DNA of 54,062 nucleotides, filler included, from Sluysia triapertura (lineage: Eukaryota), in the NCBI GenBank assembly GCA_046118255.1. It is 3 parts of 3 records of this genome, joined end to end, with 100 filler letters (N's around TTAATTAATTAA, not from the genome) between each part and the next. Parts side by side here need not be neighbours in the genome. Positions count along the whole stretch, not along the records: positions 1 to 15,975 come from JBJNIA010213809.1; positions 16,076 to 28,568 come from JBJNIA010103987.1; 1 more part is not named here. One strand, given 5' to 3'. Made by a program: the position numbers and the translations under genes. Numbering within the stretch: position 1 is the first letter of the stretch; the number at the start of each line of letters is the position of its first letter. The notes beneath the pieces are model-generated. The model saw nothing but the letters and a program-made list of their open reading frames with translations. It was not told the origin of the DNA and made no database searches. Shown one piece after another: positions 13,877 through 25,520 of this stretch.

Positions 13877-15705
13877 CTTAATAAATAATTAAATTTCATT
13901 AAAATGTGATTCAATGTTATATGTTTTCATTAGAAATAAATTATATACTACAAAATCACAATGTAATCTAAATTACCGGGTGTCGAAATTCGTATTGTTT
14001 TCTTAAGCAAACAGTAAATATTATTGAATATATGTTGCGTGAGTATTTATTCGATGAATATTTTACAAAATTTGTAATAAATGTTGCAGTTCTTATCATA
14101 AAACTATATTATGCAAATCAAAAAGTCAATCAATTACCTTAACGAAATCCATACAAAGATGAAATATAGCATCAAAATGGAAACCAAAAATTGAATATAA
14201 CAAAATATTGTTTAAATATTCATTATAATTATTAAAATCATGTATGCAGATTTAAATTTCAAAGGTAAATTGTTATTTATAGGTGTTTTTCATAAAGTTC
14301 ATATTCGTCAATGGATTCTTTGCGAGTTTAACACGGGTTCCAAAGTCACTGAAGGTTCCAAAGGTTTTAATAAAATTTCAAAAACATCTTCAATTTTTGT
14401 AAACATTAGAGTAATTGAAGTGGTTTTAAATATTTAGATAGGAAAACTCTATGACCTAGGATATACCTAGGAAATACCTAGATATTGAAGAGCATAACAA
14501 CCTGAAATTGATTCTGTGAACACACTGCAATCCAATTCAGGATTTTCAAGAATTTCTCTATTATCAAAACTCGGTATTTAACCCTTTATAAACCTAATTG
14601 CCACATAAACGAAAAATGGGTTGAAAATAACTCACTCCTTAAAATAGCTTACACCTAAAAGGTATAACTAGAGTCGTACTTATGAATTATTGAAAATAAA
14701 TGAAACGGTATCGTCTAACATCTATTAAAACGCTAACATACGAAAAAAGCTTCTTTTGTGCGTTTAATATGATATCGCCTGACATCTATTAACAGCAAAA
14801 AATGTTAAACTTCAGTCAACATTTATCACTAGGAAAGGTGAAATTTTGCTTCATAACATACTTGAAGTCAGAGTATCATCTATTTCGGCCAATGTAATAG
14901 TTTTTAGACAGAGAGAAATAAATGATATAAAACTAATATTGATTAAATAAAAAGAAATAATGATCATTTTTGACTAATACATACATTTTTATATTTTCTC
15001 AAACTTAAAGCTTTGTGTAAAGACTTTGTACTTACTCACATATTGCACAATAAACACACAGTAAATTGCAAAGCGAATGGTGGATATTTTCGATATTTAA
15101 TTTAGATTTTTAACTATTTCTTAACTATTTCTTGTTCAGACAATAAATTTTTTAACACAATTCTTATTTTTTTATGTGATATAAACATTTTGACTCTGAA
15201 CATTTATTACAAATGTTCAGAGTAACAATGATGTGTTGTAGTAACAGTGATGTCTGCTATGTTGGTGACTAATCAAGTTTAACAATGATATTTAACAATT
15301 TTTATTTGACTGTTTATAATTATCTAATTTTATTAGTTTTATTATTTTTAATTTCATCATTTTATTAGTTCTATTATTGATTTTGATTTCATCGATTTTT
15401 AATTTGGAATTTCAAAAGATATTAATTTTAAAGTATGTGATTTTTATTATCATTTTAAATTAAATTATTTTAAATTAAAATTTTTATTAAAAACTATTAT
15501 TTTTGAATTAAATTATTCTAAATTAAGCTAATGAAATCCAATTATTTTTAAATTAAAAAATTTTATTTTGTTTTATAGAAATATGACCCTTTGTTTTAAT
15601 CTGACTTCAAGGCCAGATTAAAACTACTATATATACAATCACAAAATCACATAAAACTCACAACAATATAACAAAAATTTTGCTTAAAAATTTGTTCATT
15701 AACTC

Positions 15706-15813
15706 GGAAGAGTTAATTTAAAGGACAATTATCAATTCCTGTTTTGGCGCATCTGAGTATTAAATTGGAAAAGTTAATTTAAAAGACAATTATCGATTTT
15801 TATTTTTGGCGCA
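15706..15813 (+). repeat. Imperfect tandem duplication, period 61 nt
   Basis: GGAARAGTTAATTTAAARGACAATTATCRATT...TTTTGGCGCA begins at 15706 and at 15767. Confidence 0.8.
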
Positions 15814-15975
15814 GATATTTGAACAGTTTTATTGGATCACGTTAGCTTGATTTTTGTTAAGATTAGATATTCGTAGAATATCAAGAGCAAAATCCACTTG
15901 AATTTATAAATTTTTATAAGGATCGTATGACGATCTTAAGCAAAATATTGTTTAAAATATCCTTATATATATATA

Positions 15976-16075
15976 NNNNNNNNNNNNNNNNNNNNNNNNN
16001 NNNNNNNNNNNNNNNNNNNTTAATTAATTAANNNNNNNNNNNNNNNNNNNNNNNNNNNNNNNNNNNNNNNNNNNN
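15976..16075. other. Assembly spacer (N44-TTAATTAATTAA-N44)
   Basis: 100-nt pad whose 12-mer has stops in all six frames; identical to 28569-28668. Confidence 0.98.
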
Positions 16076-16398
16076 GTTTTTATTTTAAGAATTTTTAAAG
16101 AGTAGTTTACCTAAGCTGACCTTTTGATTTGACATTAATATTACGAATATTTAGAAAGAACTAAATACATATAGGGTAGACGTTGACTATACGACATAAC
16201 CACTATTCACTACTTATAATAGCTAGAATATAAACCACCTTAAGTAAACTAATTTAAGAGCAAACACTCAAAGATTTTAAAAGGTTAAGTTACTAATCTG
16301 ATAAATTCTTCACAATAAATATTACTGTAGGAAATATACTTAAAGTAATATAACTAGGATATTTCTAGAGAGAATCTTGAACTTAAAAGTGCTGTTAC

Positions 16399-16438
16399 TT
16401 ACGAATACGTCTCTTTAGGTCTAAATCGTATGTCGTAA
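16399..16438 (-). other. 40-nt conserved hairpin, family A copy (intermediate to family B)
   Basis: CTTACGA/TCGTAAG and ATACG/CGTAT stems; followed by TAACAGCA on the minus strand, where other copies have TGTCAGC. Confidence 0.65.
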
Positions 16439-17130
16439 GCGGACCATTATTAATTATAAACAATTTGCACGAATAAATAAAAAGAACAAATCGTAGTAAT
16501 TTTAAAGTTTTAATGAAATTGATTTTTGATTTCATGAATCATTTGTAATATTAATGTTTATGTAATTCAATTGATTCAGACTTATTTTTGTGTGTCTTGT
16601 TCACTACTGCATATATTGTTTCATATGCTAATTTATCTCTGATTCCAATTGATGCTTGTGAATAATAATGTGATTAACAATGTTTAATTTAGAACATTAA
16701 TCTAATTTATTAAAATTAACTAATTTTTTTTAGTTTTTTCGAGAAATACAAGATCATTTTAATTCAACATTCATTTTTCGTAAAGGAAAATTCTGCCATT
16801 ACATGCATAAATTCTTGATAGTTCCATCAGTTATGACCTCAATAATTTTCTCACTTTTTTAAATTATTTTCATTTTCTGAGTATTTTACAGATTCACAGC
16901 TTTTTTTGGATTTAATTTTTTGATTGTTTAATCATAAATGTTTTCTAATTCTACCGAATGTATAAACAGAAGAATTCATTTTTTCATATTATTATGCCAT
17001 ATTGGGCTTTTTTTATTTTTGGTTAATTTTTTATTTAATTTCAGTTCATTAAATTAGGATTAAAATTACTTTATTAAATGTAATTTTTATTAATATTAAT
17101 TGTTTTTTCATATCATCATCACAATTATAG

Positions 17131-17250
17131 TGTAGTGGACTCCAGATTAATTCATGCCAATAACAAAAACACCAACACAAATCCACGCATTTTACATAAA
17201 CACATTATTAGACAAAGTACAACACATCAAACCACTACTCAATACATATT
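17131..17250 (+). mobile_element. Truncated LTR of the TGTAGTGG family
   Basis: Starts TGTAGTGGACTC like 2128, followed by the same AC-rich sequence type. Confidence 0.5.
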
Positions 17251-17285
17251 GCTAGTGTTTTCTTAGACTTAAGCTTATTCACTGC

Positions 17286-17730
17286 AAATTATCTGATGAG
17301 TCGGTTCGCCTAATACATACGCTTTATACCAAAATGGAGACGTGTTATTAGGATTTACTATAATTTCTTATTTGATGTTTAACTTAACACTCTTACTTAG
17401 AAACAGTTAAAATTAATTAATTAAATTTTTTATGGTGTTGCCTTTTAAAATTATCGATTATTTCACAACCCTTGTTATGGTGTTGCTTAAAATAACTTTA
17501 TGATTTTATACTTAAGCAACCCTTTTTATGGTGTTGCTTCGAAAAACTGACTTTCTGATTTTAAAATTTACGCAACCCTTTTTATGGTGTTGCTCGTCGA
17601 AAAATATATTAAATTAATTAAAGACAAAGTGTGTTACTTCAATATTTATTAAACAAATATATACTTAAAAAACCAGAGTTGGTACTTATCAGTTTATAAT
17701 GAAAATTACGCAACCCTTTTATGGTGTTGC
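17286..17730. repeat. Structured element, locus 1: multi-stem fold plus array of five GCAAC-CC-TTTTTAT-GG-T-GTTGC hairpins
   Basis: Fold at 17309-17352 (CCTAATA/TATTAGG). Hairpins at 17426-17441 (half copy), 17466-17486, 17514-17539, 17572-17593 and 17710-17730. Confidence 0.85.
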
Positions 17731-19774
17731 TTAAAATGAAAATGAATTTTAAGTATATTTTATGATTTCCGGATGGTGAATCAAACCTTAAAGGAAAATA
17801 AAATTACTTGTGCATGGAATCTTGCAATTGACTAAAAATTCTCGAAATGATAATTTTAATCTTCTTCAGATGCTAATTTCAAAACTGTAAATTTCTTAAC
17901 TCTAAAACACTTATGTTGAAATGAAATTTTGCTTACCTATTTATACTAATTGATTTCTTTCTCCATCTTGGATTTTCTTTCTTTGATTCAAACAATTGAT
18001 TTAGTAAAACAAAAAATTTTAAAATAATTTAATTCTTGCTATTTTTGTTTAATTAATTTAAAATAATTATTAATTTTATTATTTTTATTTTATTTTATTT
18101 TCGTAATTTTATTTTGTGATTTTATTTTCAATATTTTATTTTGTAATAAATTTAAAATAATATTTTGTTTTCCAAAATATAATAATATTTAAAATAAAAA
18201 TAAAAAATAAAAAATGATTAAATAAATAAAATATAAATATGAAACATACACACAAAACACGATTCACGCAACGTTAATTCTAACAATATAAAACATAAAC
18301 ACAGTCAATAATTTCATAATTATTAAATTTTTTTTATTATTGCTGCAATATTTTCATTGTTATCATTCTTTATGCATGTACGTGTATCTTTATGTAATAT
18401 TTCTGAAATAGAAAAGGCATTATCTCTCTTTTGAATTCTATCCTTGCTTTTATAGGTTACCGATGTAATTCCTTAAGATAATGTGTTACTTGAGATCTAT
18501 TTCCCACTTTGAGAATTAGTCTTGTTGCTTGTTTAATTATCTTAATCAAAAATCCGATAAATCATTAAAGGTGAGAATCTTTAGCCATATCAATTTCAAT
18601 ATTTCAACTTATTGTAATGGAAACATGAAAATATGTCAAATTATGTTTAAAGAAATAAATTCTTGAATTAAATTAAAATTAAGGGTGCTCAATATTTTAA
18701 CTAACAATTTAGTAATTCTTAGTATAATAAACAATTATTTGATTTGTTTTGATTCGCTGCTACGTGTTAAAATTTTGTATATATTTAACGATGATTTTAA
18801 CCAAATCTCTATAATCTTGAATTTATCTAGTTTTCAATCATGTTAATTTTATACAATTTCATTTCCTTTGTACAATAAACCTTTTAGCAAAGTTTCTTAA
18901 TGCAAAATGTTACTTGATTTTAAGATTTCATACAATAATGTACAAATGATTTTATGTGAAAACTCGAACTTGTACATCAAGTTTTCTGTCATCTTCTGAA
19001 GCATACATATTTTAGTTTATGTATGTTGACTGTTAGAAATTTAGTTAATATAAAATTTAACAGAAAATATCTAACTAATAAGATAATTGAAATTTTTATT
19101 TATTTAAATCTTTTATGCACAATTATATTAGGTTGTTAAGTTCTGTTAAATAAAAAACAAATATTTTATTTTATTAAAATAATGATGAATGTATATCATG
19201 TTAATATTATGCATTAAGTTAATGTTATTACTAAATCAATAATAATTTCTTCAAATTTATTTTATACGGGCAAATTAAATTTCGCAAAAATTTTTAAATT
19301 AAGATTTTATCAAACTTTATAAAATAAATCAAAAATTAATTTATAAACTAACGAAAATTTTTTTATGTATAAAACAAGTCTCCAAAGCAAAAAATGGTAA
19401 AAATCAATAAATCAATTTGATCAACCAAATTAAATAAATTAATCAACTTGTACCAAAATAATAAGCGAACAATAGTTGTTGACAATTTATGTATCTAATG
19501 ACTTTAAAACAATTTATGTAGTTAATGACTTAAAAAGTTTTGTAGTTATTATTTATGTTATTTCATTATCCAATAATAATAATAATTATAAGAATAAAAA
19601 TAAAAATAAAAGTAAAAATAAGAATAAAAATAAAATTTCATAATCAAATAATAATAATTATAAAATATCAACTATTAAAACTAGTAAATCTTATACTTAA
19701 ATTAATTATATTTAAAATAATTTAATACATTTACAATTATTATATTTTTATTTTAACATTTTTATATATGTGCG

Positions 19775-20240
19775 AAGGTTCTAACTTAAAATGAACCCGA
19801 CTTGCAAAATTATCAATGTCTGGAGGAAAGTTGGGCTAATTAGATACGGTTTATGTCACTAACTGACGACGGTCTAATTAGACTTAATGAATGACAACGT
19901 GTGTGGTGAAGCTAAGTGATAAAAACGCAAAATTTAACAACCTTATTCATACGTTGAGACAGCCTTTACGGTCTGTCGAAAATTTAATGATTTTAAAATT
20001 AAATCAGCTTTTTACGCACTGATTAAGTTTGGCAAATGATTTTAAATACAAGAAAACTTTACGATATAAAGGTTTATTAATCGTACAGAGTCAAAATAAA
20101 CTTCAATTAATATAAAACTTAGACAAAAGTATAATACCAATAATATTTTAAATCTTAAGGTATTGATCCTACCTTTGATTGAAATGATTTTAGTTGAAAG
20201 TTTAAGTCAGCCTTTTTACGGTCTGACAATAAATTAAAGA
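19775..20240. repeat. Structured element, locus 2: multi-stem fold plus three bulged hairpins
   Basis: Fold at 19836-19881 (CTAATTAGA/TCTAATTAG, GTCA/TGAC). Hairpins at 19958-19977, 20002-20024 and 20206-20227. Alignable by eye with 32562-33051. Confidence 0.85.
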
Positions 20241-20933
20241 TTTTAAGTAGGAGTTTAGCCCTATTTAATTAAAATTAGGACATGAAAAAACTTATTAAAA
20301 TAGAATTTCTTTTTCATGGAATAAATTGAGATCTTATAAAAACTGGAATATTTTAATTTCTCTATGGCGACTGTCTGTTTTGTGTCTTGTGAATGTCTAA
20401 AATTTTGTTAATTATTTGGTATTTTTATACCTGTTTTTTGTCATCCATCTTGTTTAATTTAAACAAATTTTTAAATTGATCTATTTAAACAAAAAATTTT
20501 TTAAAAATAATTTTTCGTTTTCATTTAAATTTATATTTTAGTTTTATTTGGCTAAATAATTTTATTTAGATAATTAATTTATTTTTATATGATAATAATA
20601 TTTACAATTAGTATAAAATAACACAAACAATAAATAAAATAAATAATATAAACAAAATTAATCAAATCAAATAAATCAGTTTATAATCAAATAAGTTTTA
20701 ATAAAATTAATAAAAAATCAATCAAATCAATCAAATCAATCTAAATCAAATAAGTAAAAATCAGTCAAATCAGTTTGAATCATATGAATAGGTTTCTAGT
20801 AGGTTTTCTCCTCTAATCCAACACATGGCCAATATACAATGTTACACATGACAGTACCAAATAATGTATCCGGTCATATGAAAATAACTCAGCTCACTCT
20901 TTAGTTAAATTACAAAATGATGGTTATTCTTTT

Positions 20934-23900
20934 GTGACGAATTATAATTCAGATAAAGCCATTAAAATGTATGGATTTCGAGATTCAAATTTCCGAAAGC
21001 CTTATAGTCCAAAAAAGAAGTTAACAGAATATGAAAATAAAATGAATACTTATGTATCTGATATATCAAACGATATTAAAATTAGTGATGAAATGTCACC
21101 TACAATTTCTTTAGAATGTATGGTTTTAGAAAATGAAATTGATAGAAGTGATAAATTTAGTGAGTTTGTTTATACATTTTGTGGTGCTTACATTTATGTT
21201 TGCATGTACATACTTTATTAATACTTATTATTTTGCTGCCATAATTATCTTATCATTTTTATTTAAATTAACACGTTATGTTGAAATAGGTAATGAACTC
21301 CGCTGGGATTCAGTTAGATATCTTCTAACCATATTTTTGCGAATTTAACCATATTTTCTGCAAATGCTGCTTTAAATTTCGATATTATCATGGCAAGTCT
21401 GTGATCTTATATTAACCATATCGTAGTCTATTATTATTCAATGGAAACTATAACACATTTATGCATAATATTGTATGTATATGGTAAATTTCACAGTCAT
21501 CAAGTGATAATTACTATATTGCGACAGTCATTATCTTATATTACAATATTTACTACTACCATTATTGGTTGTACATTTTTATTGTTAGATATTGCTTTAG
21601 AAAGAAATGTATTAATATCACGTCATAACAATCAAACTAGCTTATTTCTAGAGATATGTTGTGTTATTTCCATATTTTATTTTGAATTTAATTAAATGGT
21701 TATTTTGTTTCGTTAAAGGTCTTAAGCCGAAATTTAATGTTTTTAATGTAAAAAAGAATAATTAAAATTTATCATTTATTTAAAATAATTTTTAATTTAA
21801 GCAAAAATAATATAAAATTTTTAAAACCCACGACAGTAGATTCACCATCTAAATTTCATAAGTAATTCTTTTATTATTTTAGTGTTTATATTTACTTCGG
21901 CCAATGATGTGTAAAACCTTTTCAAATTGATACATTTCTATACTTTCGATGTAATTAAGCAAGAAATTTTTCATCAAAATTTTCCGCTTTTTTCCAAAAA
22001 CTATTTTAGCTTTCATACATAATTTCGACGAATCACTAGATTTTTTCACTGCGATTTGCATTGCATTCAGATCATGAATTTACATAAGATATATGCCTAT
22101 CAAATATTTTCAGACGTATAATTTATATAATGTTTAATCAAATCTTAACAGAGATATCACAATAATCGCAATTCAGCTGTCAAACACAATGGAACAAACC
22201 TCTAAAACGATTTGATGCAAATATTATTGATATGATGAGCTCAAGACAAAAACGCACTTATCATCAACACAATCACAAACAAACCTCAAAAAAATCCAAC
22301 ACGTTTATCATAAACAAAATCTGAAACAAACTTCAACTCAATCTAATACATTTATCAAATCACCAAATAACAATAGCAATTTTTACACGACATCACAACG
22401 CAAATTCAATATATATTCACAACAACAAACAAAACATGTATGAACTTTAACAATCATATACAGTTTTACAATCAAAATGTAACATGGTTATTTAACATTA
22501 CTCTAAAATAAATAATGGCTCTTAACTGTAATGTATATATAGATTATTTATATATTTATTCTGCTCGATAAAATTTTAGTTTGCAGTTGATTTTTACTAT
22601 TCTCTACGATGTATGTATTTTTCTCTGAGTTCTTTTGGTTGCATATGTTTATTTACTGTGTAACTTTAATCAGTCTAAAATTATTTTCTAGAGTTCTTAT
22701 GCAAGTCTATTATTTACGAGTCTTATACTCGTCTCAGGTGTACGAGATGGAAGTGCTTAGATGATACTTTAGGCTTTACTTTATTTCTATAAGTTCTGTT
22801 GCATTTCTATCTGTTGATTAATCTTTATTTTATCGAATTTTAATTCTTCAGGTTATTTTATCAAATTTTAATTTATTAACCCTAATGACTTATTAATGCT
22901 TCTTTGACAATTTTTAACTAATTTTGACAATTTCACCGCCTTTAGGCAACTTTAACAGTCTTTTATAAACTTTAAGTTAATAACCCTCTTTTTCTACAAT
23001 ACGTTGGGTTAACAACAAATTTTATTTATTCAAATTTCCTTATCGACTTTACTTTAATTTTTTTACAACATAAAAATTAAATTATATTAACAAAAATTTT
23101 TATTTAAGAATTAGAACGTTATATGTAAATATCAACAACATAAATATAACAGAATTTAATTAAATTAAGCCATAAATTAGTACCTCACTCGTAATATAAA
23201 CGCCTCGGATTAGTTCATATACAATTACACTTTTCATAAATAGTCTTCGGATGGAGGACAGAATGCGAATGATCTGTTTCAAATTAATTATTTTGAATAC
23301 AATAAGTCGATTTACTTTATATCACTACAAGATCTCTACAAAAGCTCTTATCGATTTCGATTAATTCATTGTTCTGTTGGCACTATACATAATGTATTAA
23401 TTTCCGTCGTTAATAAAAGTTATAATAGTATGTATTAAATAGTTACACTAGTATGTCCTGCTTAATATTAGGCTGAAAATTTTATTATTATTAGCATTTA
23501 GTGATTTCATACTATGATTAACTTCATAAAAATTTATTTTATACTATTAACATTCCTATATTTTATTACAATCTTGTTTTAAGATAATTTTAATTGAATA
23601 TAATGTTCATTTAAGATTATTTTATTGATCTAATCAATTACGATATTATGAGGTTTAATGTTTTTAGATTTTGATTTCTATAAAATTCCGATTTAAAATG
23701 ATTTTTGCTATTGGAACATTCAAGCCCTTCTAAGAAATTTTACTTTTCATTTCATTATTTAGCATTCATTCATAACTTTATCAGCATTCGATATTATTTT
23801 CATACAATTTTAATATAATATTTTAAAATTATTTTATGAATATTATGCTTGTATGAATATATCGTATGATTGTTATGAATATATCATTTGAATATAATAT

Positions 23901-25073
23901 TAGTATTAAATTATTGTTACTTGTGAACCTCCTAATTTTATGTTTCCTAGTTTTTATTTTAACTATTGTATCCACTTCTTTTTATGCATTTACTGCTACT
24001 ACATTTACATAAACGTACTGTATTCTTGAAGTTTCTTGTCTTATTTAATTTCAAATAGTTTCCTGATTTCAAAAGAATTATGAAAAATGATTTTGAAAGA
24101 TTTCATCAAGCCTTTTTCTTTCCGCAATGATTTGTAATAATTGAATTTAAAATGCTTGTTTACTTATTTGTTAACGTGCCATAAAGTGAAATGTACCGGG
24201 AAAAAATGTTACATGTATATTTGTAATAAGCATATATCATTAATTTCGATCCTCATTAATTATTTAAATAAAATTCAATAATAATTTATGTATTGCGCAT
24301 ATCTACTATGAAGTAAGTATTCATAAGGGCTTAAAATAATTCATAATATATCATAATAAGAAAAAACGTCACTTCTTTTTGTATAAATATTAAAATGTTA
24401 ATTATATGATAAATATATTAATTATTAATCAATAAATGCCAATTACTGAAATAATTATTACTATACAGAATGTGTTAACACTACTTTTATTAATGAATGT
24501 TAAACTTAGTGAAAAATTATTATTGTTTACGGTAATATTTCCAATTATATCAACTATAATATTGATAAAAGTTTAACAATTTAAAAGGTCAGGAAGGATA
24601 TGTTTTTTTACAACAAATGTGTCAAAATTTCTTGATTATAAAACATTTTCAATCTTTTATCTACTGATTTCTTTCTGTGTTGTCTATGGAGTAACAAGCA
24701 ATATGGCGTTCTATAATAAATTCTATGCTAATATATTAAGAGACTCAATGCTATTAAAAGCTGTCATTTTTGTAGCATCAATTATTAATTCTATATTAAT
24801 ATTTATTTTATCGAAAAGAATTATTGCGTTTTAATAACTACCTTCGAACTTTAAGTGAAGGTCTCGAACTTTTCTTTATTGTTTTTTATGGACTATTGTA
24901 TTCTAGAAATAATATTTTATGTAGTTGATGAATTAGTGGTATTTTTAAAAATATGCATAATTGCGTGGTATGTAAATATGTTAGGGCAAAGAGAGTGTTT
25001 TACCTATTTAATGTTTACATTGACTGTATTTGTATTTTGTTTTATGGGTATTTTTCTTTATTTACCAGTTTGA
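20934..25073 (+). pseudogene. Possible decayed SLC28-like N-terminal and central fragments (blocks ~20934-21695 and ~24590-25073)
   Basis: Hydrophobic broken ORFs with collinear motifs AALNF (cf. CVLNF), TIIGCTFLLLDIA (cf. VLAVIFWLAFDTA), VSKFLDY...VVYG (cf. VQTFLEY...FVFG), VIFVASII (cf. VVFFSTVM), NMLGQRE (cf. NIFVGQTE). Weak, recall-based match. Confidence 0.35.
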
Positions 25074-25401
25074 AATATGTTCATGAATTGAATATAATAT
25101 AAATGATATTACTATTGCTTAAAATATGTGGTTTAAATTTCGCTCAACTGCAAAAATGTTTGAGATCTCATCGTCGATTTTAATATTTCTAAATTTATTT
25201 CCCAGTTCTATTAATCGCATTATTTGGTTCGCCAATTTTGTCAATATATCCTGTAACTGTTTTAAATATCCCTAATTATATAAGAATTGATAAAAATTCG
25301 TATTATTTGGTTTTGGGTGAGTCATCATATAATGGCAGTGTAATTATTGTATCTATTATTTGAGAATTTGATTTGAATTTTTTATTTATATGTTTCTATT
25401 C

Positions 25402-25520
25402 GTGAGTACTCTATGACACCGGGCTTACGCACTTAAGAGCCTATGCATAGATGTCAGCGAAAGGTTATTGGAAAGAATGGAGAGATTAAACAGAATTATT
25501 GATCCGCTAAAACCAGCGAG
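25402..25520 (+). other. Family A hairpin element copy
   Basis: GTGAGT, 40-nt hairpin at 25411-25450 (CTATG/CATAG, GGCT/AGCC), TGTCAGCG, TATTGGA and a small CGCT/AGCG hairpin. Close to the 44792 copy. Confidence 0.8.

Noticed and set aside
14300-14860. Reverse-transcriptase relic (IDDTL, LGHRV on the minus strand)
   Set aside because: Two short motifs only, with no YxDD or other RT blocks recognisable.
16020-16031. TTAATTAATTAA inside N runs as a biological motif
   Set aside because: Identical artificial six-frame-stop linker in both gaps; adjacency across the gaps should not be trusted.
17293-17299. CTGATGA as a hammerhead core or C/D-box C motif (also CTGACGA at 19863)
   Set aside because: No stem II followed by GAAA, no D box (CTGA) at the 3' stem, and the motif is not kept in the homologous copy at ~32650.
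17466-17593. CRISPR-like array (~22-nt palindromic repeats with 30-35-nt spacers)
   Set aside because: Eukaryotic intron-containing context and no cas genes. The spacers resemble each other (TGATTTTA.A.TT), spacing becomes irregular, and the repeat sequence differs between homologous loci.
20206-20227. Histone 3' stem-loop resemblance (CCTTTT..GG)
   Set aside because: The loop is 5-7 nt with a bulge rather than a 6-bp stem with a 4-nt loop, and there is no upstream histone ORF.
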